Source of the DNA: Burkholderiaceae bacterium
GTDB taxonomy: Bacteria; Pseudomonadota; Gammaproteobacteria; Burkholderiales; Burkholderiaceae
Assembly: GCA_027486025.1 (NCBI GenBank)
Contig: JAIXPY010000087.1
Location: 1 to 56,552, forward strand
Length of the DNA: 56,552 nucleotides
Direction of reading: 5' to 3'
Part shown: one piece after another, positions 1-9,886 of the stretch
Position numbering within the stretch: the stretch's first letter is position 1
How the letters are laid out: each line of letters begins with the position of its first letter
The notes under the pieces: generated by a model
Databases searched by the model: none
What the model saw: the letters and a program-made list of their open reading frames with translations, nothing else
What the model was told of the DNA's origin: nothing
Program-made: the position numbers and the translations under genes

Positions 1-1
1 T

Positions 2-103
2 GGCATCTCCAATGACAAGCTGCATGCACGTGGCCCGGTTGGTCTCGATGGCTTGACCTCACTGAAGTACATTGTGATGGGTCATGGGGAAATTAGAACC
101 TAA
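2..103 (+). CDS. proA: Gamma-glutamyl phosphate reductase, C-terminal fragment (gene starts before the window)
   Basis: Manual translation [33 protein letters not shown] contains the ProA C-terminal signature [10 protein letters not shown]; TAA at 101-103. Confidence 0.93.
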   Translation, partial: GISNDKLHARGPVGLDGLTSLKYIVMGHGEIRT

Positions 104-173
104 TTAAGTCGGTATAGTAGTTAGCATTGAACTAAGGCAATGCCGCTTTAGTAAACGAACAAAGAGGATCAAA

Positions 174-599
174 ATGGGCGACGCGTATCTTTGGACAAAA
201 ACATTTCACATCGTTTTAGTCGCTTCCTGGTTTGCCGGCCTCTTTTACTTGCCGCGCATTTTTGTCAATATGGCGCAAGAGACCAATCCCGAAGTCAATG
301 CCCGCTTATTAGGTATGGCAGATCGCCTCTTTCGGTTTATGACTATTTTGATGGTGCCCGCGGTAGTACTGGGTGTCGTGCTTTGGCTTCACTTTGGCAT
401 TGGTCGCGGCGCCGGCTGGATGCACCCCAAATTGCTTTTTGTGCTGATCATTTTGGGATACCACCACTCGTGCTATACCTTACTGAAGAAGTTCCGCAAA
501 GGCATTAATAAGCGCAGCCACGTTTGGTTCCGTTGGTTTAATGAAGTGCCGGTGGCCTTGCTTGTCATCATCACTGCCATCGTCGTAATTAAGCCCTAA
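174..599 (+). CDS. hemJ: HemJ/CopD-family membrane protein (protoporphyrinogen IX oxidase HemJ-like)
   Basis: WxKxFHIVLVxSWFAGLFYLPRIFV and RWFNEVP motifs; four hydrophobic segments. Confidence 0.85.
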   Translation: MGDAYLWTKTFHIVLVASWFAGLFYLPRIFVNMAQETNPEVNARLLGMADRLFRFMTILMVPAVVLGVVLWLHFGIGRGAGWMHPKLLFVLIILGYHHSCYTLLKKFRKGINKRSHVWFRWFNEVPVALLVIITAIVVIKP

Positions 600-641
600 G
601 CAAATCGCTATTCATTCCCCAATATTTTTTAGGTTTTCTTC

Positions 642-2159
642 ATGCGATTTTTTGTGGTGTGTCCCGGCGGATTGGAAACGGTCTTAGCTACTGAACTACG
701 GCAGATTGCCGAACGCTCTGAAGTAAAGGCTCAAGGTGCTTGGGTGATTGACCCAACGCCAACCAGCCCGACGGGCGGCGTTGGTTTGGCTGGCCCCTTA
801 TCGGCTGCCATGGCGCTTAATTTGCATTCTCGGATTGCTAGCCGAGTACTCTTGCAAATGGCGGAATCCACCTATCGCCAAGAAGACGATTTGTATCGCT
901 TAGCCCACGGCCTGGCCTGGGAGGAGTGGTTTACGCACAAACAAACCCTGCGCGTTGATGTGACTGCCCATCGTTCGCCGCTGAAGAGTTTGAACTTTGC
1001 GACTTTAAAAATCAAAGACGCGATTGTCGATCGCTTACGTGAAGTCTCGGGTGATCGCCCCTCGATCGATACAGCCTTCCCGGATGTACGCGTGCAAGCG
1101 CACTTAACTGCTACCCATGTATCGATCTATTTGGATACCTCAGGCGAAGCTCTGTTTAAACGCGGCTGGCGCGATGAAAAGGGCGATGCGCCTTTAAAAG
1201 AAAACCTGGCTGCCGGTATCCTAGCGATCACGGGTTGGCAGCCGAAGCAGCCCTTATTTGATCCGATGTGCGGTAGCGGTACCTTTCTAATCGAGGCAGC
1301 ACAGATCGCCATGGGTATTCCATCGGGAGCGATTCGGGCGGGCCTATATGATGATCCAGACAAATCATCAACACCCACGCGCTTGGCGTATCGACCCCTA
1401 GTTACTTCTGTGCATGGCTTTGGTTTTCTACGTTTAAAGCCATACGCCGTAGGTGCTGAGCAGAAAAAATGGCAAGCCCTGAAAGACGCCGTGCTGACAG
1501 AAATACTAGAGCGGCGTAAGGCATTTCCAGATGCCCAGTCATTGGGTATTAGCGGTAGCGACATTAATGAAAAGCTCGTTTCCATGACCAAATCCAACTG
1601 GCAGCGCGCGCAGCTACCGGGTTTGCCAGTGGTGCGTCAGGTTGATGCCTTAGCGGCTAAGCCTCCTGCCATTACTATTAGCGCAGGAGACGTAGACTCC
1701 TTGCCAGGACTCGCTTTACTTAATCCACCCTACGGACAGCGCTTGGGCATCAAAGGCGGCCGGGGTGATGATCGCGACCCAGCGCAGAATCGCTATGACG
1801 ATGAGGGCTACGGTCAGGATGATGCAGATCGCGCTGTAGATCCATATAGCCACAACATTGAAACCGGGCGGCAGAGCGCTAAACGTTCAAGCCGTGAGTC
1901 ACTCAAGCGCCTACAAGCCGAAGAAGAAATCGATCCTGCATTTTTAGAGTTCATGAAGCAATTTGGCCAGCATCTGAAAGATGCCTTTGGTGGCTGGCAT
2001 GTCTTTATTTTGACAGCCGATATGGCATTGCCAGGGCAGCTGCGGATCAAAGAGTCCCGCCGTACCCCACTCTTTAATGGCCCGCTCGAATGCCGTTTAT
2101 TCCGCTTTGAGATGCGCTCCAAAGCGGAGCGTTTAGAGTCTGCCGGTAAGCCGATTTAG
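642..2159 (+). CDS. THUMP-domain class I SAM-dependent RNA methyltransferase (RlmL-like)
   Basis: NLHSRIASRV, LDTSGEALFKRGWR, APLKENLAA, DPMCGSGT, NPPYG motifs. Confidence 0.9.
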   Translation: MRFFVVCPGGLETVLATELRQIAERSEVKAQGAWVIDPTPTSPTGGVGLAGPLSAAMALNLHSRIASRVLLQMAESTYRQEDDLYRLAHGLAWEEWFTHKQTLRVDVTAHRSPLKSLNFATLKIKDAIVDRLREVSGDRPSIDTAFPDVRVQAHLTATHVSIYLDTSGEALFKRGWRDEKGDAPLKENLAAGILAITGWQPKQPLFDPMCGSGTFLIEAAQIAMGIPSGAIRAGLYDDPDKSSTPTRLAYRPLVTSVHGFGFLRLKPYAVGAEQKKWQALKDAVLTEILERRKAFPDAQSLGISGSDINEKLVSMTKSNWQRAQLPGLPVVRQVDALAAKPPAITISAGDVDSLPGLALLNPPYGQRLGIKGGRGDDRDPAQNRYDDEGYGQDDADRAVDPYSHNIETGRQSAKRSSRESLKRLQAEEEIDPAFLEFMKQFGQHLKDAFGGWHVFILTADMALPGQLRIKESRRTPLFNGPLECRLFRFEMRSKAERLESAGKPI

Positions 2160-2162
2160 AAT

Positions 2163-2179
2163 TAGTTACGATGTAACTA
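2163..2179. promoter_or_regulatory. Inverted repeat TAGTTAC-gat-GTAACTA upstream of rubredoxin, candidate operator
   Basis: Perfect 7-bp arms with a 3-nt spacer, about 30 nt before the ATG. Confidence 0.4.
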
Positions 2180-2211
2180 TCACGATAAAAAAGATAGAAA
2201 GATATAAAGCA

Positions 2212-2382
2212 ATGGAATTCAAAACCTATATGTGCCTAATTTGCGGTTGGGTCTATGACGAGGCTGCTGGTTTGCCCGATGAAGGAATCGCGCCTGGAAC
2301 CCTCTGGAAAGATGTGCCCATCAATTGGACCTGTCCTGAGTGCGGCGCCCGCAAAGACGATTTTGAGATGATGGCAATTTAA
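2212..2382 (+). CDS. Rubredoxin (56 aa; absent from the ORF track)
   Basis: Manual translation [56 protein letters not shown] with two CxxC motifs. Confidence 0.96.
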   Translation: MEFKTYMCLICGWVYDEAAGLPDEGIAPGTLWKDVPINWTCPECGARKDDFEMMAI

Positions 2383-2429
2383 GTTCTAAAGCAAAATACA
2401 AATTAACAAATAAAACGAATGAGAATCAC

Positions 2430-3725
2430 ATGGGCCTAAACGAAACCATATTCGAGCGCGCACAAAAAACCATTCCAGGCGGAGTGAACTCCCCTGTTCG
2501 GGCGTTTCGTCAAGTGGGCGGCGCTCCGCGCTTTATTAAGAAAGCGCTCGGCCCACACTTTTGGGATATTGAAGATAAGCGTTATGTGGACTTGATCATG
2601 TCCTGGGGGCCAATGATTGCGGGCCACGCTAATCCGGAAGTGGTTGAGGCGGTACAACGGGCAGCTACTCTGAGTTTTAGCTATGGTGCCCCTACCGTAG
2701 GAGAAATCGAATTGGCCGAGCGCATTTGCGCCATCATGCCCAGCGTCGAACAAATCCGCATGGTATCAAGCGGCACTGAAGCGACGATGAGTGCCCTGCG
2801 TTTAGCGCGCGGCTATACCGGGCGTGACTTGATTATTAAGTTTGAGGGCTGTTATCACGGCCATGCGGATAGCCTTTTGGTCAAAGCAGGCTCGGGCTTA
2901 CTCACCTTTGCTGATTCAACTCAAAATGCACCCTCATCGGGCGGCGTTCCACAGGATTTAGTCAAGCACACCTTGGTGCTGCCTTACAACGACACTGCGG
3001 CGATTGAAGAAACCTTCAAATTGCATGGCGATCAAATTGCGGCGGTGATTATTGAGCCCATTGCTGGCAATATGAACCTCATTAAAGCCAAGCCAGAATT
3101 TTTAGCAGCGATTCGGAAGTTAACGCAGCAGCATGGCAGTGTCTTGATTTACGACGAAGTGATGACCGGCTTTCGGGTGGCACTCGGCGGGGCGCAAAGC
3201 CTGCAAGGCATCACTCCAGATCTGACTTGCCTTGGCAAGGTGATGGGTGGCGGTATGCCCATGGCAGCCTTTGGCGGCAAAAAAGAGATCATGCAAAAGT
3301 TGGCTCCTATCGGTAATGTTTACCAAGCGGGTACCTTGTCGGGTAATCCAGTTGCAGTCGCGGCGGGGATGAAGACCTTAGAGATCATCTCGCGGGATGG
3401 CTTCTTTGATTGCCTTGGTGGTCAAACCAGCAAACTAATGGCGGGCATGAAGCAGGCGGCAGATGCAGCAGGCATCCCATTCTCAACCGATAGCGTGGGC
3501 GGCATGTTTGGTTTTTACTTCACCGATCAAGTCCCCACCTCATTTGATGCGGTCACCAAGAGCAATATTGATGCGTTTAAAGTGTTTTTTCATGCGATGC
3601 TGGATGAAGGCGTCTACTTGGCTCCATCCGCATATGAGGCTGGATTTACGTCGATAGCGCATGACAATGCCGTACTGGATGAGATTATCAATGCATCGAA
3701 AAAAGCATTTCTGCGTTTGAAGTAA
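2430..3725 (+). CDS. hemL: Glutamate-1-semialdehyde 2,1-aminomutase
   Basis: [51 protein letters not shown]. Confidence 0.97.
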   Translation: MGLNETIFERAQKTIPGGVNSPVRAFRQVGGAPRFIKKALGPHFWDIEDKRYVDLIMSWGPMIAGHANPEVVEAVQRAATLSFSYGAPTVGEIELAERICAIMPSVEQIRMVSSGTEATMSALRLARGYTGRDLIIKFEGCYHGHADSLLVKAGSGLLTFADSTQNAPSSGGVPQDLVKHTLVLPYNDTAAIEETFKLHGDQIAAVIIEPIAGNMNLIKAKPEFLAAIRKLTQQHGSVLIYDEVMTGFRVALGGAQSLQGITPDLTCLGKVMGGGMPMAAFGGKKEIMQKLAPIGNVYQAGTLSGNPVAVAAGMKTLEIISRDGFFDCLGGQTSKLMAGMKQAADAAGIPFSTDSVGGMFGFYFTDQVPTSFDAVTKSNIDAFKVFFHAMLDEGVYLAPSAYEAGFTSIAHDNAVLDEIINASKKAFLRLK

Positions 3726-3805
3726 CTATTTAATTTAAAGATGTTTCGATTTATTAATTGCTCGTTAAATCACACCAAATTAGCTTAAAGACTGATTAAA
3801 GATAC

Positions 3806-4147
3806 TTGAAAGTCAATCAAGCCGCTGCGCTAAGCCCTCCTCTTTTGGCTCAAGCACTGGAGCTTGGCGAAAGGGTTGCGCGCTTACGCGTGTCTCGGCG
3901 CATGAAGCAATTTGAGGCAGCCCTACGTGCGGGCATATCCAGAAATACAGCCTATCGCCTTGAACATGGAGATCCTGGAGTAGCAATGGGGCAAATTCTG
4001 AGATATATCGATGCAATTGCACCTGGTTGTAACTTGAAGCATCTATTGAACGAAAGTGACCCCGCCTTAATTAGTCAGCAGTTGCGCGAAAGAACCCAGC
4101 GGGTACGCAGCATGACTGCTGCAGAGTTGAAAGAGTTAGACTTTTAG
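3806..4147 (+). CDS. XRE-family HTH regulator (HipB-like), with no partner toxin downstream
   Basis: LGERVARLRVSRRMKQ..AALRAGISRNT..RLEHGDPGV HTH; C-terminal ELDF; TTG start is uncertain. Confidence 0.75.
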   Translation: MKVNQAAALSPPLLAQALELGERVARLRVSRRMKQFEAALRAGISRNTAYRLEHGDPGVAMGQILRYIDAIAPGCNLKHLLNESDPALISQQLRERTQRVRSMTAAELKELDF

Positions 4148-4236
4148 GGCTGGCCCATTAGCTTTTTACAGGCTGACTTGGTAATACGAATGTAATCAAG
4201 CAGACCAATTATCTCAGGCGAAAGCAAGAAGGTGCA

Positions 4237-4941
4237 TTAAAGCGGAATGCTCAAAAATTCTTTTATTCCATCTTCCCGAACGTCAATGCAGTCATCTTGT
4301 AATGTATAGCTAAAGTACGCAGCATGACGTGGGCTGGACAGTACTTTTGAATTCAGAATAGCGATTGTGTCTCCGCGCAAATACCGCGCGGAGCGGGTGA
4401 TTAGACCTGGATGACCCTCGTGATGTATGCGTGCCCCCACTCCTTGACAATAACGGTAGTCGTCTCGATTCAATAGCTCTGGAAAAGCCAATACTTTTTC
4501 TTTTAGGTTGATTAGGGCTGCATCACAGCGAACCCAAAACACGCGTCGCTCAGAAATGACGCCTGCTTTATTAAAGCCAGCATCGCTTAAGAGGCCCGCA
4601 TGCCAGTGGTGAGCAGATTCATAGATACTAGTTTTTATGGAGTCTGCACCGTACCAAACGCCATGCGACCCATCGGAATAAGGACTTTTACCCCAGTTAC
4701 TAAAGGGGTAAGTAATGGCGCTATCAACCAGTGCTCGCTCAAATGGCCTATGGATAATTGGCAAGAGCGAATCAAATCCCGGCAACTTCATTTCAAGCTC
4801 GACTTGTTCTGCCATATGCCAATCATCCTCAGAGCCACTTAAGTCATCAAAGATGTGTTGACTCTCGATGAATCCAACAATATTTCGTGCCAAGTCATCA
4901 TGAACATCAATCAGCGCCAAGCTGGTAAATAAACGATCCAT
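4237..4941 (-). CDS. RES-domain toxin (MbcT/ParT-like NAD+ phosphorylase family)
   Basis: YSDGSHGVWYGA..TSIYES and GLITRSAR RES-domain motifs; start overlaps the antitoxin stop. Confidence 0.85.
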   Translation of the reverse strand: MDRLFTSLALIDVHDDLARNIVGFIESQHIFDDLSGSEDDWHMAEQVELEMKLPGFDSLLPIIHRPFERALVDSAITYPFSNWGKSPYSDGSHGVWYGADSIKTSIYESAHHWHAGLLSDAGFNKAGVISERRVFWVRCDAALINLKEKVLAFPELLNRDDYRYCQGVGARIHHEGHPGLITRSARYLRGDTIAILNSKVLSSPRHAAYFSYTLQDDCIDVREDGIKEFLSIPL

Positions 4942-5330
4942 CAGATACCTCTGCTACGGTCAAGGTAGGAGCGAATCATGAGTAAGCCGATAAAACCAAA
5001 TTCTTTGACAAGTTCAACTGGAGTCCGGTTCTCAAATGCTTTGTTTTTGGTTTTCATCCAGCCGTACAAATACTCTGGGTTACGCGGAAAGAGCAACCGT
5101 AGGTTTTTATGGATTCCGAGTAAGTGGCCCACACGGTCATATTGATCTTGGCTGCCACCAATCGGCTCCCCTTGCCTGTACCGGCTCAAGGCAGCGCGAT
5201 TGGACGGGGCAAGTCCAAGTAAAGCCAATTGATCTTCCGTCGGCAAATCCCAGTGATCCAGCAGTTGCATCACCATTTTGGCTAATGCGCCACGGTCGAT
5301 GGGGCGATCCTTTTTAGCATGGGCCAGCAT
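4941..5330 (-). CDS. Xre/MbcA/ParS-type antitoxin (DUF2384-like)
   Basis: N-terminal HTH; C-terminal [14 protein letters not shown]..VxxYLD pattern; coupled to the RES gene. Confidence 0.88.
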   Translation of the reverse strand: MLAHAKKDRPIDRGALAKMVMQLLDHWDLPTEDQLALLGLAPSNRAALSRYRQGEPIGGSQDQYDRVGHLLGIHKNLRLLFPRNPEYLYGWMKTKNKAFENRTPVELVKEFGFIGLLMIRSYLDRSRGI

Positions 5331-5340
5331 GAGGCAGTCT

Positions 5341-5391
5341 AATTAATTGTTTTATAAGTAACTTATTATGTTTTAATTATAACAATTAATT
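5341..5391. promoter_or_regulatory. Nested inverted repeats upstream of the RES-Xre operon
   Basis: AATTAATTGTT (5341-5351) / AACAATTAATT (5381-5391), enclosing ATAAGT-a-ACTTAT (5354-5366). Confidence 0.5.
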
Positions 5392-5420
5392 GACCAAAAA
5401 GCGGAATTTTTGCTAAACCC

Positions 5421-6272
5421 CTACATCCGCAAGGGATGGTCATAGCCCGCTACCTGCACGATGCGGTATTTATTTGAACGAACCTTCGTAGCAGAGTCCG
5501 GAATTTCAATGGCGGTAAGCTTGCCGCCCCAGACGCATCCGGTATCAAGGCCGCTGACATTGCGCTTCTGAATTAATCCGAGCGTGGACCAGTGTCCAAA
5601 AATGACGTGGGTATTTGCGGTCTTGCGCTGTTTTACTTCAAACCAGGGTAGATAGCCTTTCGGGCTCGCCTCTAATCCCTCTTTACTCTCAAATTCCATT
5701 TGGCCTTTGGGAGTGCAAAAACGCAGGCGGGTTAGGGCATTGGTAATGACGCGCAGGCGATCGTAGCCTTTTAAGGTGTTACTCCACTTCGTCGGTGTAT
5801 TGCCATACATCTCTGCCAAAAAACGTTTGTACGATGATTTGCGTAGCGCCTTCTCCACTTCATGCGCGTACTCTAGAGTTTGGCTTAAATCCCAATCAGG
5901 CAGTACGCCTGCATGAACCAGTAAAGCGTGTCCATTACTCAGCGCCATCGGACGATGGCGTAGCCAATCAATCAATTCTGCTCGGTCTTTGGCTTTTAAG
6001 ACGCCATCTAAGGTATCTAAAGGGCGTGATCCCCGCAGGCCCGCATCGCGCGCCAGAAGGTTAAGGTCATGGTTGCCCAGGATGCATTCTGCGACACCTT
6101 GTTCTTGCAGTTTTTTGAGGCGACGCAGTGTTCCTACCGAATTGGGACCGCGGTTGACCAGGTCACCCAAGCAAATGAGTTTTGACTTCTTGGGTAATTT
6201 AGCAATCAGTGCATCGAGCTGCACTAAGCAGCCTTGCACATCGCCGATAGCGTAAACGGATGACATGAGCAA
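5421..6272 (-). CDS. apaH: Symmetrical bis(5'-nucleosyl)-tetraphosphatase
   Basis: YAIGDVQGC, GDLVNRGP, LGNHD, VHAG, NALTRLRFC, FGHWS, LDTGCVWGG. Confidence 0.96.
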   Translation of the reverse strand: MLMSSVYAIGDVQGCLVQLDALIAKLPKKSKLICLGDLVNRGPNSVGTLRRLKKLQEQGVAECILGNHDLNLLARDAGLRGSRPLDTLDGVLKAKDRAELIDWLRHRPMALSNGHALLVHAGVLPDWDLSQTLEYAHEVEKALRKSSYKRFLAEMYGNTPTKWSNTLKGYDRLRVITNALTRLRFCTPKGQMEFESKEGLEASPKGYLPWFEVKQRKTANTHVIFGHWSTLGLIQKRNVSGLDTGCVWGGKLTAIEIPDSATKVRSNKYRIVQVAGYDHPLRM

Positions 6273-6312
6273 AGTGTAGTGGATTACGAGTTAACGGGTA
6301 TAGCGCGAATGC

Positions 6313-7446
6313 CTACGCCGCTAACCCATTTAGCCATTTTGCGGCATCGGTAATCGCGATGCCATTTCGGAATTCTTCTTGCCTTAAATTAAAAACAAGC
6401 TGCACTGCTTTAGCTTCTGAAAACTGAGCCGCAAACCGGGTTAACGCAGTGTGGGGCTTGGTATCACTTAATTTGCATTCAATCAGATGGGTTAACTGCT
6501 GCCCATCGCTGAGCGCAAAATCAACTTCAGCACCATCTTTCGTGCGCACATAATGAAGACCAGCGTCTTGACCAGTACTATCCCGCAGAAAATCCGTTTG
6601 TTTGAGGAGCATACTGGCAACGGCATTTTCTAAGCGAATGCCTGGGTCACCGCGCACCAGTCCTGTATCAAAAAAATACACCTTTGGCATCTGCAGCATG
6701 GACCGAGCAATGTTGTGGTGCCAGGGCTGGATCGTGAAAACAATAAACAGGGCTTTTAGTATTTCAAGATAGTGTTTCAGAGTGATGGGAGAGACTGCTA
6801 AGTCACGCGCGATGGATGCAAGGGATAGGGGCGATCCAACCCGTTCACGTAACAATTCAATGAAGAGGCGCATCGTTGTAATTTCATGAAGGCGTGAGAA
6901 CTCCAATACATCTTCACGAACCAGGTCTGTAAAGTATTGTGCACGCCAGCGATCTGCCTCAATCGCATTGGGGGCCAAACAGGGCTCCGGAAATCCGCCG
7001 CGCTCCAGTAAATGATCCAGTGCAATTGCTGGGCTTACTCCTTCTTGCGTGCACCATTCACGCACTGAAATCGGATGCAGTCGGAATGAAAAATAGCGCC
7101 CCGCCAAAGATTCACCGGATTGCCTAAAGGTATCCATTCGAGCGCTACCAGTAACAAGTAGCGCTTGACCTAGTGGGCGTGCATCGATCACACCCTTCAG
7201 CCAGGTTTTCCAATTGGGCATTTTATGGATCTCATCCATTACCAAGAGATCAGCTGCGGGGCTCCAGGATTGATTTTGTAAAACCATGCGGTCCGCAAGC
7301 ACGTCCCAATTGAGGTACTGGGCCGCATTGAACTTGCCCATCAACTGCCGGCTGAGGGTAGTTTTACCTACCTGCCGAGGGCCGGTCAGAACCACGGCTT
7401 TGCTGGCAAGGTCGTTTAGAACAATCGGGTTGAGATAGCGTTGCAT
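6313..7446 (-). CDS. AAA+ ATPase (AAA_14) with wHTH and C-terminal DUF4143 PD-(D/E)XK-like domain
   Basis: Walker A GPRQVGKTT, Walker B DEIH, TGS, ESLAGR, GGFPE, KVYFFDTG, EVDF...IECK. Confidence 0.9.
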   Translation of the reverse strand: MQRYLNPIVLNDLASKAVVLTGPRQVGKTTLSRQLMGKFNAAQYLNWDVLADRMVLQNQSWSPAADLLVMDEIHKMPNWKTWLKGVIDARPLGQALLVTGSARMDTFRQSGESLAGRYFSFRLHPISVREWCTQEGVSPAIALDHLLERGGFPEPCLAPNAIEADRWRAQYFTDLVREDVLEFSRLHEITTMRLFIELLRERVGSPLSLASIARDLAVSPITLKHYLEILKALFIVFTIQPWHHNIARSMLQMPKVYFFDTGLVRGDPGIRLENAVASMLLKQTDFLRDSTGQDAGLHYVRTKDGAEVDFALSDGQQLTHLIECKLSDTKPHTALTRFAAQFSEAKAVQLVFNLRQEEFRNGIAITDAAKWLNGLAA

Positions 7447-7448
7447 AC

Positions 7449-7511
7449 GACTATTATATAGTCTATTAAATAAAAGTCGCGACTTTTATACATTAGTATA
7501 TAAAAAAGTCG
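7449..7511. promoter_or_regulatory. Cluster of palindromes upstream of the AAA/DUF4143 gene
   Basis: GACTAT-tat-ATAGTC (7449-7463); perfect 20-bp palindrome ATAAAAGTCGCGACTTTTAT (7470-7489); extra AAAAGTCG half-site (7504-7511). Confidence 0.6.
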
Positions 7512-7653
7512 TAATAAAAGAGAATAGGGCAAGCTGTATTGTGGGAATTCGTAATGAAGTCACAAGTAAATAATAAATTGTAAACAATACAATTGTATTA
7601 TTAAATATATATTTAAATGTACGTTATTATCTCTTCATACAACAGGAGATGCC

Positions 7654-7902
7654 ATGGAGCGCCTTTTAACCAACTTAACTGCATCGTTAACCGAGCTACG
7701 TGAGCCGAATAAAGTGATAGCAAAGGCAGGCAATCAGCCGGTTGCCATCATGAATCGCAATGAGGCGATAGGCTATTTTGTACCCAAGAGCGCTGTTGCC
7801 GATGTGGAGTTGCTGCCGATATCGAATGCAGAGTTGGATACCTTCATGCGTAGCAACTTATCCGAAATTGCACATGTGCTGGATTACCTGAAAGATAAGT
7901 AA
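7654..7902 (+). CDS. Phd/YefM (StbD/YafN-like) antitoxin
   Basis: ASLTELR.P.KVI...GNQPVAIMNRN..IGYFVP pattern; AGGAG RBS; directly upstream of a Doc-type gene. Confidence 0.85.
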   Translation: MERLLTNLTASLTELREPNKVIAKAGNQPVAIMNRNEAIGYFVPKSAVADVELLPISNAELDTFMRSNLSEIAHVLDYLKDK

Positions 7903-8289
7903 ATGACCCAATTTGCAGTTCTTGGGCCATCGCAAGTCATTACTTTGCATGATTACCTGATAGGTCAGCATGAGCTACAGGGTTTGTCTAAAGACAAATT
8001 ACTGGATGCTGTTTTGGTGCGTGTACATAATCGAGTGCGTTATGGATTTATTGTCGATGCCTACGAGTTGGCTGCCTGTTATGCAGGCTTCATTGCAAAG
8101 GGGCATTGCTTTAATGAGGCAAATAAGCGAACGGCTGCAGTAACATTATTCTTTGTGCTGAAGGCAAACCAAATTGAAGTTCAGTTTAAAGGGCATGCGC
8201 TTGGCGAGTGGATTGTCGCCATTGTCAATAATGAAAAGACAGAAACAAAATTAGCGGCTTGGCTAAAAAATCTACCCCACGCATCATAA
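7903..8289 (+). CDS. Doc-type Fic-domain toxin
   Basis: HCFNEANKRTA matches the Doc variant HxFx(D/E)ANKR of the Fic motif. Confidence 0.88.
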   Translation: MTQFAVLGPSQVITLHDYLIGQHELQGLSKDKLLDAVLVRVHNRVRYGFIVDAYELAACYAGFIAKGHCFNEANKRTAAVTLFFVLKANQIEVQFKGHALGEWIVAIVNNEKTETKLAAWLKNLPHAS

Positions 8290-8335
8290 AAACTATAAAG
8301 TTTTTACAGGTAAATAAACTCCGTAGAGAGTCGGC

Positions 8336-9847
8336 TTATGTTTCGGCAGAAGCCTTCTTCACCACACTGTAGCGCACCAAGGTTTCTTTTCTAGCCTCGT
8401 CGTGATTGACGATGGGTAGTGGGTAATCGCGGCCAAGCAAAATACCAGCGGCTTCCAATTCAATATGGCCGGCTTCCCATGGGGCATGGATCGATTTATC
8501 GGAGAGTTTTTCTAAAGCGGGGATGTAGCGCCGAATGAATTTGCCTTGTGGATCAAAGCGCTGCGATTGAGTGGTGGGATTAAAAATCCGGAAGTAGGGC
8601 TGTGCATCACAGCCAGAAGAAGAGGCCCACTGCCAGCCTCCGTTGTTGGATGAGAGCTCAAAATCATTGAGATGCTTTGCAAAGTAGGCTTCGCCTAGGC
8701 GCCAATCAATTCCTAAATCTTTACTTAAGAAGCTTGCCACGATCATGCGTAAGCGGTTGTGCATGTAACCGCTTTGATTGAGTTGATGCATGGCGGCATC
8801 AACTAAAGGGTAGCCAGTCTTGCCATCGCACCACGCCTGAAAGCGTTTCTTCGCAATGGCGCCACTCTCCCACACGATGTCATTGTAATCGGGTTTAAAT
8901 GCAGCGCCGCTAGCAAGGCGAGGGTGATTAGCCAAAATCATGAAATAAAAGTCACGCCAAATTAATTCGCTTAGCCAAATAGTGGCACCCATGCTACCAG
9001 CCAGCATCCGCCGGTGTGCTTCACGCACCAAGCCTCGAATCGAGAGCATGCCAAAGCGCAAGTGCGTAGATAAATAACTCACGCCCTTGATGGCTGGAAA
9101 ATCCCGCCCAATTTGGTATTGGTCGATGCGCGTTAAGAAATCTTTTAAAAACAATTGACCGCCTTCAGAGCCTGGCGGCAGATACGTTTCGATACCCGTC
9201 GCGCTAAAACCCATGGACTTGAGCGTCAGAATACCTAAATCCAGCTTCTTCGGAATTGCTGCAAATTGCCCTGGTTTAGGTGTGCAAGCGTAGGGCGCAA
9301 GATCACGTTCCTCCAGGCGTTTGAGCCAGGCATTTTTGTAGGGTGTAAAGACGGAGAAGACGGTACTCGAGTTGGTGAGCACCTCCTTCTTTTCAAAGAT
9401 CACTTGGTCTTTAAATGACTCAAATGCAATGCCCTGCTTTTCAAGGGCGGATGCAATCACAGCATCGCGCTCAATTGCGCTGGGCTCATAGTCGTGATTG
9501 ACCATGACGCAAGAGACCCCAAGTTCAGTTGCTAGTTTGGGAATGCATTCTGCCGGCTTGCCATAACGCACGATGAGGCCACCACCCTGTTTGCGCAATG
9601 CTTCATCGATTTGACTGATGCCTTGCCAAATAAAGTCGACTCGGCGATCTGCCGTGAGTGCACTGCTTTTACTGTCTTTTAGGAGATCTAAGATGGTGGT
9701 ATCAAATACAAACACGACCCAAACCGATTTACTGGATGCAAGCGCATGGCTCAGCGCGGCGTGGTCATAAAGGCGTAAATCGCGGCGCAGCCAAACGAGG
9801 CTGGCGGAATGGGAGTGCGTGGGGGAAGGGGTATTCGAGAGAGCCAT
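8336..9847 (-). CDS. phrB: Deoxyribodipyrimidine photolyase / cryptochrome family protein
   Basis: WLRRDLRLYDH, SYLSTHLRFG, ELIWRDFY, GKTGYPLVDAAM, MHNRLRM, NNGGWQW, YFRIFNP. Confidence 0.92.
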   Translation of the reverse strand: MALSNTPSPTHSHSASLVWLRRDLRLYDHAALSHALASSKSVWVVFVFDTTILDLLKDSKSSALTADRRVDFIWQGISQIDEALRKQGGGLIVRYGKPAECIPKLATELGVSCVMVNHDYEPSAIERDAVIASALEKQGIAFESFKDQVIFEKKEVLTNSSTVFSVFTPYKNAWLKRLEERDLAPYACTPKPGQFAAIPKKLDLGILTLKSMGFSATGIETYLPPGSEGGQLFLKDFLTRIDQYQIGRDFPAIKGVSYLSTHLRFGMLSIRGLVREAHRRMLAGSMGATIWLSELIWRDFYFMILANHPRLASGAAFKPDYNDIVWESGAIAKKRFQAWCDGKTGYPLVDAAMHQLNQSGYMHNRLRMIVASFLSKDLGIDWRLGEAYFAKHLNDFELSSNNGGWQWASSSGCDAQPYFRIFNPTTQSQRFDPQGKFIRRYIPALEKLSDKSIHAPWEAGHIELEAAGILLGRDYPLPIVNHDEARKETLVRYSVVKKASAET

Positions 9848-9886
9848 AGCCGCTATCTTAGGGCCTAATCCGAATTAGGGTGAAAC

